Part shown: one piece after another, positions 18,011 to 27,150 of the stretch
Layout: each line of letters starts with the position of its first letter
Position numbering within the stretch: the stretch's first letter is position 1
Position numbers and translations under genes: made by a program
Notes under the pieces: generated by a model
Seen by the model: the letters and a program-made list of their open reading frames with translations, nothing else
What the model was told of the DNA's origin: nothing
The model's database searches: none
Virus record (IMG/VR): IMGVR_UViG_3300042472_000628
Span: 37,455 to 101,454 of that record
From: a virus
Taxonomy: Duplodnaviria > Heunggongvirae > Uroviricota > Caudoviricetes
Strand: one strand, 5' to 3'
DNA length: 64,000 nucleotides

Positions 18011-18478
18011 ATGGCAAACATAGACAACGAATGTAAAGATCTAGAAGTACAAGACTTTTACGACCAATCGACAACACACTTAGAAGATATTATGTCGCAT
18101 CAAAAAGAGATGCAAGAAAAAACTTATGGAATTAAGTTTGACGAAATGTCAATTAGAGAAGTAATGAATTTTTGGCATGTTAATACTCACGCAGTTATTG
18201 ATGAGTTACATGAAATGACAGATGCTCTTGGTGGTATTAAAGATGGCTCTGGAAATGCAGTATGGAAATACTGGAAAAAAGACTTCTCAAAATATGAAAC
18301 TATGAAAGTTTCAGATCTATCAGAAGATGATCGTAAAGAGTTGTTCATGGAATGGATCGATGTATTACATTTCTTTATTAATTATGCAGCATCAATTGGC
18401 CTAGATGCAAAAACAGCATATAATTATTATTTCGCAAAAGCAGAAGAGAATAAAAACCGTCAAAAACGAGGCTATTAA
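18011..18478 (+). CDS. All-alpha dimeric dUTPase/dCTPase (gp56-like, MazG superfamily)
   Basis: DELHEM, KYWKK, EWIDVLHF, KAEENKNRQKRGY. Confidence 0.8.
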   Translation: MANIDNECKDLEVQDFYDQSTTHLEDIMSHQKEMQEKTYGIKFDEMSIREVMNFWHVNTHAVIDELHEMTDALGGIKDGSGNAVWKYWKKDFSKYETMKVSDLSEDDRKELFMEWIDVLHFFINYAASIGLDAKTAYNYYFAKAEENKNRQKRGY

Positions 18479-19890
18479 TGTTATTAGATATAGAACAAAC
18501 CGAAAAGGAACTAATAGTTTCATATTACGACAAAGAAGGAAAGGTTTCCTTCAAGAGATATTCTGTAAACCAATTCCAAAATTGGGTAGTCACAGAAGAA
18601 AAAGATAAGCATAAAGATAGTACCTATAGAAATTGGGACAATAGACCACTTAAAAGAGGTATTGCAAAATCTTTTAATAAATTTAGTTTGTTATATTTCA
18701 TGGACTCTTTGCCTGAAAAAGACAAAGAAGAGATCTATGAATTTAATATGCCACGAACATACTTCGTCGATATTGAAACCGAGATCGTTGATGGTTTCCC
18801 AAAACCAGAAGAGGCTAAGTCTCGTATCTTAACATTTTCAATTATTACGCCTGAACGTAAAGCAATTGTATTAGGTCTTGAAGATTTAACATCAGAACAA
18901 ATTGCTAAAATTGAAAAGGATACTAATGCACACTTAAAAAACTACGACACTGATTGGGACTTTTCATATCATAAGTTTGATGATGAGTACAATATGTTGT
19001 ATACATTCTTACATAAGTTTTTGCCTAAGTTCCCAATGATGACAGGGTGGAACTTCATTAACTATGACTGGCAGTATATAGTCAATAGATGTAAACGATT
19101 ACAGATTGACCTGACTGAAGTGGCAATCACTGGTAGCTTAGACAAGACAGATCAGCGACCAATGCACATGGGAATTTTGGATTATATGCAATTGTATGAT
19201 AAATATGACAGATCAGTTGCTGTAAAAGAATCAAATTCATTAGACTTTGTTTCTGGTGCAGTATTAGATGTTAATAAAATCAAATACAGCGGATCATTAA
19301 CAGATCTTTATAATAATGATTTTACAAAGTATGTTTTTTATAACGTAATTGACTCGTGTCTTGTATATTATATAGATCGACAATTAAGATCAATGGAAGT
19401 ACTTTTAACATTAGCAACTATTACAAGAATGCCTTTATATAAAGCTTCGTCACCTGTGGCAATCACAGAAGCTTTGTTAGCAAGAAAACTAGCAGAAACA
19501 AATAAAAAGATTGGTATAGAATACGGCAAAGCAGATTCTCTTAAAGAAGGTAAATTTGAAGGAGCATTTGTAAAGCAACCTATTGTTGGTTATTATAGTG
19601 GAGTAAGTGCATTTGACTTTGCATCACTATATCCTTCAATCATGAGACAGTTTAATATTTCTCCCGAGTCATTCGTTGAACAAGTTCCTGAATCTGAAAT
19701 TATCGAAAGACGAAAAGATACAGCTGTAATTGTTTGTGAAAATGGTGTAGTATTTAAGAAAGAAGACTCAATTCTTAAAAAGATTCTAAGTGATTTATAT
19801 GCTCAGCGTAAAGATTACAAAGCTACTTCATATAAATATTATGAAAAAGCACATGAGCTAGAAAAAAAACTAAAAAAAATTAAAAATTAA
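18478..19890 (+). CDS. gp43: Family B DNA polymerase, N-terminal half (3'-5' exonuclease + motif A)
   Basis: ExoI FVDIET, ExoII GWNFINYD, ExoIII YNVIDS, motif A DFASLYPS. Ends after RKDYK in the fingers. Confidence 0.9.
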   Translation: MLLDIEQTEKELIVSYYDKEGKVSFKRYSVNQFQNWVVTEEKDKHKDSTYRNWDNRPLKRGIAKSFNKFSLLYFMDSLPEKDKEEIYEFNMPRTYFVDIETEIVDGFPKPEEAKSRILTFSIITPERKAIVLGLEDLTSEQIAKIEKDTNAHLKNYDTDWDFSYHKFDDEYNMLYTFLHKFLPKFPMMTGWNFINYDWQYIVNRCKRLQIDLTEVAITGSLDKTDQRPMHMGILDYMQLYDKYDRSVAVKESNSLDFVSGAVLDVNKIKYSGSLTDLYNNDFTKYVFYNVIDSCLVYYIDRQLRSMEVLLTLATITRMPLYKASSPVAITEALLARKLAETNKKIGIEYGKADSLKEGKFEGAFVKQPIVGYYSGVSAFDFASLYPSIMRQFNISPESFVEQVPESEIIERRKDTAVIVCENGVVFKKEDSILKKILSDLYAQRKDYKATSYKYYEKAHELEKKLKKIKN

Positions 19891-19916
19891 TTTTCGAAGG
19901 TAACGCCAATACACTT

Positions 19917-19924
19917 GATATATA
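19917..19924 (+). promoter_or_regulatory. GATATATA motif upstream of nrdB
   Basis: Matches the late-type consensus. Confidence 0.5.
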
Positions 19925-19947
19925 AATTACAAAAAAATACAACTACA

Positions 19948-20928
19948 ATGAACAATAATATCTTCGAAAAAAGAGTAAACATTTTACCATACGAATACCC
20001 TTCATTATTAGCATACAAAGATGCAATCCGACACTCTTATTGGATTCATACGGAATTTAACTTTACTACAGACATTGATGACTTTATGACTAAAGTATCT
20101 GATTCTGAGCGTGAAGTAATTAAAAGATCAATGTTAGCAATTGCACAAATTGAGGTTAATGTTAAAACTTTTTGGGCTGATCTTTATAAGAGAATGCCAA
20201 TCACAGAAATTGGAGATGTCGGTATGACATTTGCAGAATCAGAAGTGCGACACAAAGATGCATACGCACAATTATTAAGAATCTTAGGATTAGAAGACGA
20301 ATTCCAACATGTAGTAGAGATTCCAGCAATTAAAGATAGAATTGCATACTTAACAAAGTATTTGGATGGTACAAGAAGTAAGGACAATAAAATGTATACA
20401 AAATCTGTATTATTATTTTCATTGTTTATTGAGCATGTTAGTTTATTTAGTCAATTCTTTATTATGATGAGTTTCAACAAGGAGAAAAACTTATTTAAAG
20501 GTATTTCAAATGTAGTTGAAGCAACTTCAAAAGAAGAGGAAATTCATGGAAACTTTGGATCTGAATTGATCAATATTATTAAGAGAGAAAATCCAGAATG
20601 GTTTGATGAGGAATTTGAACAACTTATAGATTCTGCTTGTAAAAAAGCTTATTTAGCAGAGGTTAAAATTCTTGATTGGATTTTTGAAAAGGGTGAACTT
20701 GATTTCCTATCAAAAGAAACTATCAAACAATTTATTCAAAATCGTTTCAATAATTCACTACAAAGAATTGGAATGAAACCAGTATTTGATGTTGATTTTC
20801 AAGAAGTAGAAAAATCTTTATGGTTTGACGTTGAAATTCTTTCAACAAAAGAGGGTGATTTCTTCTATAAAAAATCAATCGATTACAACAAAAAGTCTAA
20901 GGCAATTACCGAAGACGATCTATTTTAA
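19948..20928 (+). CDS. nrdB: Ribonucleotide reductase class I beta subunit
   Basis: QIEVNV, ESEVRHKDAY, IEHVSLF, SKEEEIHG, DFF tail. Start reassigned to the ATG at 19948. Confidence 0.92.
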   Translation: MNNNIFEKRVNILPYEYPSLLAYKDAIRHSYWIHTEFNFTTDIDDFMTKVSDSEREVIKRSMLAIAQIEVNVKTFWADLYKRMPITEIGDVGMTFAESEVRHKDAYAQLLRILGLEDEFQHVVEIPAIKDRIAYLTKYLDGTRSKDNKMYTKSVLLFSLFIEHVSLFSQFFIMMSFNKEKNLFKGISNVVEATSKEEEIHGNFGSELINIIKRENPEWFDEEFEQLIDSACKKAYLAEVKILDWIFEKGELDFLSKETIKQFIQNRFNNSLQRIGMKPVFDVDFQEVEKSLWFDVEILSTKEGDFFYKKSIDYNKKSKAITEDDLF

Positions 20929-20949
20929 AATAAAAAACAAAAGAACTAA

Positions 20950-22575
20950 ATGGAATATCAAAAAAATTACTGGCTTAATGAAGACAGTAGAACATTTTTA
21001 TCTAGAGGTTATATTACAGAATCTCCAGAGCAGCGAATTAAAGATGTTGCAAACACTGCAGAAAAACAATTAAAAATTGAAGGGTTTGCAAAAAAGTTTG
21101 AGGACTATATGACAAGAGGTTTTTATAGTTTTTCAACACCAGTTTGGATTAACTATGGAAAAGACAAAGGACTTCCAGTTAGTTGCTACGGATCAAACGT
21201 TGACGATACTTTAGATAGTATCTTAAACGGTTCTAGAGAAATTGGAATGATGTCAAAATATGGAGGTGGTACTTCAGTATTTTTAGGAAACATCAGAGCA
21301 AGAGGAACTAAAATCTCAACAGGTGGAACAGCAGATGGACCTGTCCACTATGCTAGAATGTACGATACAACAGTTGATGTATGTAAACAATCAGAAGCAA
21401 GAAGAGGTGCATGTGCAGCATGGTTACCAATCGAACACAATGATATTTTAGAATTCTTAGATATTGGAACTGATGGTAATCCAATTCAAAACCTACAATA
21501 CGGTGTTACAGTTACTGATGCTTGGATTGCTGAAATGAAAGCTGGAGATCCAGATAAACGTAAAGTTTGGGCTAAAGTTATTCAAAGACGTAATGAGTTT
21601 GGTTTTCCTTACATTATGTTTAAAGACAACTCAAATAATAATTCACCATATAAAGAATTAGGACTTGATATTACAGCAAGTAATTTATGTTCAGAAATTC
21701 AGTTACCAACAGACAGTTTTAATTCATTTGTATGTTGTTTAGGTTCTATTAACCTATTACACTGGGATGAAATTAAAGAAACTGATGCAATTGAAGTTTA
21801 CACAATGTTCTTAAATGCAGTTATGGACGAATTTATTTTAAAGTCTTATAATATGCCAGGAATGAAAAGAGCATGGAGATTTGCAAACGATCACAGAGCA
21901 TTAGGACTCGGAGTTTTAGGTTATCACTCACTATTCCAATCTAAATTAATTACATTTGATTCTCTTCAAGCAAAACAATTAAATCACGAAATCTTCTCAA
22001 CAATGAAAGAGCGTAGTGAAATAGCTTCAAGATGGTTACACGATGAAAAAGGTTACAGATCTATCCGACCAGGATATGCAAATACTACATTAATTGCAAT
22101 TGCTCCAACAAAAAGTAGTTCATTTATTTTAGGTCAAGTAAGTATGGGAATTGAGCCAATTAAATCTAATTATTTTATTAAAGATTTGGCAAAGTCAAAG
22201 ACCATTTATAAAAACCCAATGTTAATTGAGGAACTTGAGAAATATGGTTTAAATACACCAGACGTTTGGGAAGGTATTTTAAAAAGAGATGGATCAGTAC
22301 AACATTTAGATTTCCCAACTAAAGAAGTTTTTAAATCTTTTGTGGAAATAAGTCCAAAAGAAATTGTATTACAAGCAGCACAAAGACAACATTTTATTGA
22401 TCAATCACAATCGTTAAATTTAATGATTCACCCTTCAGTTTCAGCCAAAGATATTAATACATTATATCTATATGCACACGAAGAAGGAGTTAAAACATTA
22501 TACTATCAATTTAGTCAAAGTTCGGCACAGTCATTCGCAAGAGATATTCTTGAATGTTCAAGCTGCGAAGGTTAA
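20950..22575 (+). CDS. nrdA: Ribonucleotide reductase class I alpha subunit without ATP cone
   Basis: PVSCY, KYGGG, SNLCSE, CCLGS, APTKSS, KTLYY, C-terminal CSSCEG. Confidence 0.93.
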   Translation: MEYQKNYWLNEDSRTFLSRGYITESPEQRIKDVANTAEKQLKIEGFAKKFEDYMTRGFYSFSTPVWINYGKDKGLPVSCYGSNVDDTLDSILNGSREIGMMSKYGGGTSVFLGNIRARGTKISTGGTADGPVHYARMYDTTVDVCKQSEARRGACAAWLPIEHNDILEFLDIGTDGNPIQNLQYGVTVTDAWIAEMKAGDPDKRKVWAKVIQRRNEFGFPYIMFKDNSNNNSPYKELGLDITASNLCSEIQLPTDSFNSFVCCLGSINLLHWDEIKETDAIEVYTMFLNAVMDEFILKSYNMPGMKRAWRFANDHRALGLGVLGYHSLFQSKLITFDSLQAKQLNHEIFSTMKERSEIASRWLHDEKGYRSIRPGYANTTLIAIAPTKSSSFILGQVSMGIEPIKSNYFIKDLAKSKTIYKNPMLIEELEKYGLNTPDVWEGILKRDGSVQHLDFPTKEVFKSFVEISPKEIVLQAAQRQHFIDQSQSLNLMIHPSVSAKDINTLYLYAHEEGVKTLYYQFSQSSAQSFARDILECSSCEG

Positions 22576-22631
22576 AATATCCGGTGGTATGAAATAGGAC
22601 CACATTTTAGGACCGTTATAGTTAACGGGTT

Positions 22632-22670
22632 GGGCAGAGAAAAGTTCGCTACTATCTCTGCCCTTTTTTT
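22632..22670 (+). terminator. Rho-independent terminator
   Basis: GGGCAGAGA ... TCTCTGCCC followed by a T tract. Confidence 0.85.
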
Positions 22671-22715
22671 GTTTAATAAATTCAGATATATAGAATATAA
22701 TAAAATATTAAAATT

Positions 22716-23225
22716 ATGAAAACACCCATTAAACCAAAAACATTAAATCCAGAAGTAGTTAAAATTATTAACATCAGTATTGGTTTTGAATATACTTCAC
22801 ATATGTTCTGGAATGCAGCATCAAATTGGTGTGCAAATAAAGGTTATAATAAAGCAGCTGCTTATTATGCTAAGGAATCAATGCATGAATTAGAACACGT
22901 TAAAGATTTACAAAACTTTTTATTAGGATGGAATGTAGTACCTACCGTTCCTCAAGTGGAAACAGTTTATGAATTTGATAGTTTAGTAGACACTGTTAAT
23001 CAGTCATATAGTTTAATGGTAGAAGTCTTTGACAACTATGTAAACGCATCACATGATATTTTTGCAATTGATCTATCTACATTTGATTTCTTACAACATC
23101 TTAGAATTGGTCAAATAGGTGCATTAGCAAACTATTCAAACCTATTAAGTGGATTAGAATTAATTGACACAAACAATAAACTAGATATTTTATTCTTCGA
23201 AGACGAATATTTTACAGAAAACTAA
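22716..23225 (+). CDS. Ferritin-like protein (FtnA-like) with a partly degenerate ferroxidase centre
   Basis: GFEYTSHMFWNAASNWCANKGYNKAAAYYAKESMHELEH follows the non-haem ferritin helix A/B pattern. Confidence 0.75.
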   Translation: MKTPIKPKTLNPEVVKIINISIGFEYTSHMFWNAASNWCANKGYNKAAAYYAKESMHELEHVKDLQNFLLGWNVVPTVPQVETVYEFDSLVDTVNQSYSLMVEVFDNYVNASHDIFAIDLSTFDFLQHLRIGQIGALANYSNLLSGLELIDTNNKLDILFFEDEYFTEN

Positions 23226-23274
23226 TTTGAGTATCATCGAATTGTACCCCTCCTCCGATAGTATCGTTGGATCG

Positions 23275-23304
23275 AAGGCTTAGAGAAATCTAAGCCTTTT
23301 CTTT
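23275..23304 (+). terminator. Rho-independent terminator
   Basis: AAGGCTTAGA-GAAA-TCTAAGCCTT followed by T. Confidence 0.85.
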
Positions 23305-23305
23305 T

Positions 23306-23333
23306 GAAACAAACCCAAGTATATCGGTATAAT
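23306..23333 (+). promoter_or_regulatory. Putative middle promoter GAAAC-N17-TATAAT
   Basis: Upstream of the clamp-like gene and the polymerase C-terminal half. Confidence 0.7.
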
Positions 23334-23364
23334 ATTCAAATATCATTATCTAATAAACAAATTT

Positions 23365-24108
23365 ATGAAATTAAAAATTGATCGCATTGACCAACATGCA
23401 CTAACAGAGTTTATCAATCGTGTTAAACTTATTGACTCTTTCATCTACATGAAAATTAAAGATGGACAAATTAATTCAACAGTTTATCTTCCACAAAGAG
23501 ATGCTGTAAAACACCACTCAATTCCGGCAGATAAAATCTTCCAAGTAAGTGAATGGCCTGATACCGAAAAAGAAATGAAAATTGCATTCTTTGAAGGTAA
23601 CAAAGTTATCGAAGCTATTAAACACTTCGAACATGACGCAATTAAAGGTGAGTTTGAATTCATCGAAAACGATGAAGAATTCGTTGCATCTACATTACGT
23701 ATTTTCAATGACGAATTGGAAATCACATTATCTTGCTCAGAACCATCTTTAGGATTTAAAGATCTTTCACAAGAACAACGCGATGCTATCTTTGCAAGAG
23801 CAGATTCTAAATTTGATTTTAGATTGGACACTCACTCGATCGGTAAAGTTAAAAACTTGTTTACATTAGACAAAGACGAAACATTTGGTATCAAATCTGA
23901 TGTTGCAGGAATCAATGTAAATGGTAAATCATTTAATGTGGTACTTACACCAGACACAAACGGTAATGGTAAAGTTACAGTTTACAAAAAGTATTTAAAT
24001 CTATTAGACAAAGAGGAACAAACAGTTTATGTGTCAGATTCCAAAGTAGTATTCGAATCAAATGATTCACACACTTTATTGACAATTTCAACCTGCCAAA
24101 CTGCCTAA
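23365..24108 (+). CDS. Putative sliding clamp (gp45/PCNA-like)
   Basis: 247 aa, acidic, alternating beta/alpha pattern, co-transcribed with the polymerase half. No diagnostic motif. Confidence 0.5.
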   Translation: MKLKIDRIDQHALTEFINRVKLIDSFIYMKIKDGQINSTVYLPQRDAVKHHSIPADKIFQVSEWPDTEKEMKIAFFEGNKVIEAIKHFEHDAIKGEFEFIENDEEFVASTLRIFNDELEITLSCSEPSLGFKDLSQEQRDAIFARADSKFDFRLDTHSIGKVKNLFTLDKDETFGIKSDVAGINVNGKSFNVVLTPDTNGNGKVTVYKKYLNLLDKEEQTVYVSDSKVVFESNDSHTLLTISTCQTA

Positions 24109-24111
24109 TAC

Positions 24112-25320
24112 ATGACAATCGAAGAGTTAGAAAATAAATCAATTGACCAACTAACAGATGATGAGGCGAAGTTGCTTATAGACCACTATAAGCAACTTTC
24201 TGCCAAATTCACTGCGTATGAACAAGCAGTTAAGTTAACTCTAAACTCTATCTATGGAGCCTTTGGTAACAAATGGTTCCACTTTTTTAATCTAGATATC
24301 GCAGAATCAATTACCAAACAAGGTAAAAATGCAATCCTTTATTCAGAAACAATACTTAACAAATATGTTAATGATTTCTGGCATAAGGACACTGCGGTTC
24401 ATGAACAATTTGGAATTAAGGTTAAAGGTAAAGTTGAAAAACCAGCAGTAATCTATATTGACACCGATTCATGTTATGTGCAGTTTCAAGATTTATACGA
24501 ATCAATTATATGGTTAGATGAATCTAAGAAATTGACAATTGATGAATTCGTTCTAGCATTTTATGCATATCGTCTTAAAGACTATATCATGAAATGTATG
24601 GAGAAATATGCTGAAAAGAGAAATACTGATAACTTCTTAGTGTTCGAATTAGAATCACTTGCATACAATGGTATTTGGATGAGTAAAAAGAAATACATTC
24701 AAAATATTGCATGGGATGATAAGTTAGAAGTAACTGATCGTCACCCATCATTAAAGAAAGTAAAAACTATTGGATTCGATACGATCCAATCTTCAACTCC
24801 AAAATTTGCAAGAGAGAAATTAGTAGAATGTCTTAGAATTCTTTTTACTTCTAGAGTAACACCAACTGCAAATGAATTGCAACAATTGGTTGAATTCATG
24901 AAAAAATGTAAGAAGGAATTTAAGTTAGCAAATATTGATGACATCTCTTTTAATAAGAGAACCAACAATATTGATCAGTACATTATTGACGATCAAAAAG
25001 AATTGCAAATTGGACTAAAATGTCCAGCCAACGTAAAAGCTGCAGGATACTACAACTATATTTTAAATAACAATAAGAAATATAAGAACAAGTATAAACA
25101 TATCCAAAATGGTGAGAAGCTTAAGATCTACAATTGTATAGGAACTATTAGTGAAGTCTATGCATTTATGCCAAACGAATATCCTTATGAAATTGCACCA
25201 CAAGTTGATTACGATACTCAATTTGAGAAAGCAATGATTGATCCGCTAAATAGAGTACTTACTGCAATTGGTTTACAAACATTGGACACAAACTTAATTT
25301 ATGCTTCGGCACTATTTTAA
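24112..25320 (+). CDS. gp43: Family B DNA polymerase, C-terminal half (motifs B, C, thumb)
   Basis: KLTLNSIYG, YIDTDS, KKKY, C-terminal clamp-binding-like ASALF. Confidence 0.9.
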   Translation: MTIEELENKSIDQLTDDEAKLLIDHYKQLSAKFTAYEQAVKLTLNSIYGAFGNKWFHFFNLDIAESITKQGKNAILYSETILNKYVNDFWHKDTAVHEQFGIKVKGKVEKPAVIYIDTDSCYVQFQDLYESIIWLDESKKLTIDEFVLAFYAYRLKDYIMKCMEKYAEKRNTDNFLVFELESLAYNGIWMSKKKYIQNIAWDDKLEVTDRHPSLKKVKTIGFDTIQSSTPKFAREKLVECLRILFTSRVTPTANELQQLVEFMKKCKKEFKLANIDDISFNKRTNNIDQYIIDDQKELQIGLKCPANVKAAGYYNYILNNNKKYKNKYKHIQNGEKLKIYNCIGTISEVYAFMPNEYPYEIAPQVDYDTQFEKAMIDPLNRVLTAIGLQTLDTNLIYASALF

Positions 25321-25321
25321 T

Positions 25322-25507
25322 ATGGAACTAAAAGACATTTTATACTTACTAGAAAAAGAAAATCCAAACGATCAAGAATTTGGTAAGAAAGTTAGGCTAT
25401 TGATTTGGGAAATGAAAAAAACTCAAAGTGCAGAACTAGCCAAAGAACAATTACCTGGACAAATAGACATGTTTGGACCTGAATTTAAGTATCCGTATAA
25501 TGAATAA
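25322..25507 (+). CDS. Hypothetical protein
   Basis: ORF; start reassigned to the ATG immediately after the polymerase stop. Confidence 0.6.
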   Translation: MELKDILYLLEKENPNDQEFGKKVRLLIWEMKKTQSAELAKEQLPGQIDMFGPEFKYPYNE

Positions 25508-25522
25508 TCTTAAAAATAAACC

Positions 25523-25705
25523 ATGGAAGTTAATTTAACAAAAGAACAAAAAGAATACGTAGACGCTTATAACCATATTTTAAATAAGTTATCAGGTATT
25601 CAAGAAAGAATTGATGGGTTAAAAATTGAAGCTAATGAAGCTTTACAAGAATTAAACGCATTAAGATCTAGGGAACGTGATGCCTTTCCAGAACAACTAG
25701 ATTAA
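25523..25705 (+). CDS. Small coiled-coil hypothetical protein
   Basis: Heptad pattern, A-rich leader. Confidence 0.65.
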   Translation: MEVNLTKEQKEYVDAYNHILNKLSGIQERIDGLKIEANEALQELNALRSRERDAFPEQLD

Positions 25706-25733
25706 GAAACAATTTGGCATTTAACGATATAAT
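25706..25733 (+). promoter_or_regulatory. Putative middle promoter GAAAC-N17-TATAAT
   Basis: Upstream of the uvsX-gp41-gp47-gp46 block. Confidence 0.7.
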
Positions 25734-25751
25734 ATAAAAAATACAACAAAT

Positions 25752-26861
25752 ATGGCAAAGAAAGATTTCAGTTTTGACGATATTAACAGTGAATTAAAAA
25801 CTCTAAATCCAATGGGATCTGTTATGGAATTCTCAACATTTAGTGAAGTTACAGAATGGATCGATAGTGGTAACTACCACTTAAACGCATGTATCAGTGG
25901 TTCACTTTTCGGTGGATGGCCTAATAGCAGAACATGTTCAATCGCTGGACCTTCTGGTACTGGTAAAACTTACTTAATCCTAAACTCTGTTAAAAGAGCA
26001 ATTGATATGGGATACAATGTAGTGTTTTATGATTCAGAAGCTGCAGTAGATAAAGATCTTATGGTTAAGTTCGGTATTGATATAAGCAAAGTAAATTATC
26101 AACCTATTAATACTGTACAAGATTTTAGAACATCAGTTACTACGATTACTAGTAAAATGCAAGATGCAAAAGCAGCAGGTGGAAATGTACCAAAAATCAT
26201 GATTATTCTTGATTCTGCAGGTAACTTAGCAACTGCAAAGGAAATCGAAGATGCAAAATCAGGTTCTGATAAAGCTGATATGACTCGTTCTAAAGTACTT
26301 AAGTCGATCTTCCGTATTATCATGACTCCAATGGCAGATCTTAAGATACCTTTCTTATTTACCAACCATACTTATCAAACGCAAGATTTTATCTCACGAC
26401 AAGTAGCTGGCGGTGGAACTGGACCAGAATATGCAGCATCTATTGTATTATTCTTGAATAAGGCACAACTTAAAGATTCAGCTGGAGAAAAAGCAGGTAT
26501 TATTGTTACAGCGAAACCAAACAAGAATCGTTTTGCAAAACCAACAAACATTAAATTCCATTTAGATTTCTCTAAAGGTATGAACAGATATGTTGGATTA
26601 GAGCAATACATCGATTGGGATGAAATTGGTATTACCAAAGGTGTAATTGAAAAGGGTGAAAAGATTCCTAAAGCATCTTCAAGAAATTGGATCTGTAAGC
26701 ACTTAGATGAATCTGTACCAAACTCAGAATTCTTTACAGAAAAGGTATTTACACAAGAAGTATTAGAAAAAATCGAAGTAAGAATCAAACCAATCTTTAA
26801 CTACAACACAGAAGAAAGAGAGATTGACATTGATGCAATTTTAGAATCAGATGAAGATTAA
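25752..26861 (+). CDS. uvsX: UvsX/RecA-like recombinase
   Basis: Walker A GPSGTGKT, YDSE, IILDS, FTNHTY, GGGTG. Confidence 0.93.
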   Translation: MAKKDFSFDDINSELKTLNPMGSVMEFSTFSEVTEWIDSGNYHLNACISGSLFGGWPNSRTCSIAGPSGTGKTYLILNSVKRAIDMGYNVVFYDSEAAVDKDLMVKFGIDISKVNYQPINTVQDFRTSVTTITSKMQDAKAAGGNVPKIMIILDSAGNLATAKEIEDAKSGSDKADMTRSKVLKSIFRIIMTPMADLKIPFLFTNHTYQTQDFISRQVAGGGTGPEYAASIVLFLNKAQLKDSAGEKAGIIVTAKPNKNRFAKPTNIKFHLDFSKGMNRYVGLEQYIDWDEIGITKGVIEKGEKIPKASSRNWICKHLDESVPNSEFFTEKVFTQEVLEKIEVRIKPIFNYNTEEREIDIDAILESDED

Positions 26862-27150
26862 TGAAGATAAACTTCCAATCAAGTATATTCTAGGAATAGA
26901 AAAAGAGATTGTGGGTTATCCTTCAGGATTCGATATTCTTTTAGCAGAAATTAAATTATGTGTCAGAATGCCTGATAGACATAAAGGTAATTTCACTTTA
27001 CATGCTCTAAAAACTTATAGATTTCCAGAAACAGATGAAACACATCTTTTAACTTCTATTCAAGACTTAGTAAATCTTGATTTGGTCGAAGTCCTAAATG
27101 ATTCAGAAGGTAAAGAATCGTGGACAATTAAAACAAACCCATTCGAATGA
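26851..27150 (+). CDS. Hypothetical protein (possible winged helix)
   Basis: ORF overlapping both neighbours; helix-helix-wing-like C-terminus. Confidence 0.55.
   Translation: MKINEDKLPIKYILGIEKEIVGYPSGFDILLAEIKLCVRMPDRHKGNFTLHALKTYRFPETDETHLLTSIQDLVNLDLVEVLNDSEGKESWTIKTNPFE

Noticed and set aside
19890-24112. Intein or intron explanation for the interrupted DNA polymerase
   Set aside because: No Cys/Ser-start or His-Asn-end intein signatures and no homing endonuclease; the intervening DNA holds ordinary genes with their own promoters and terminators.
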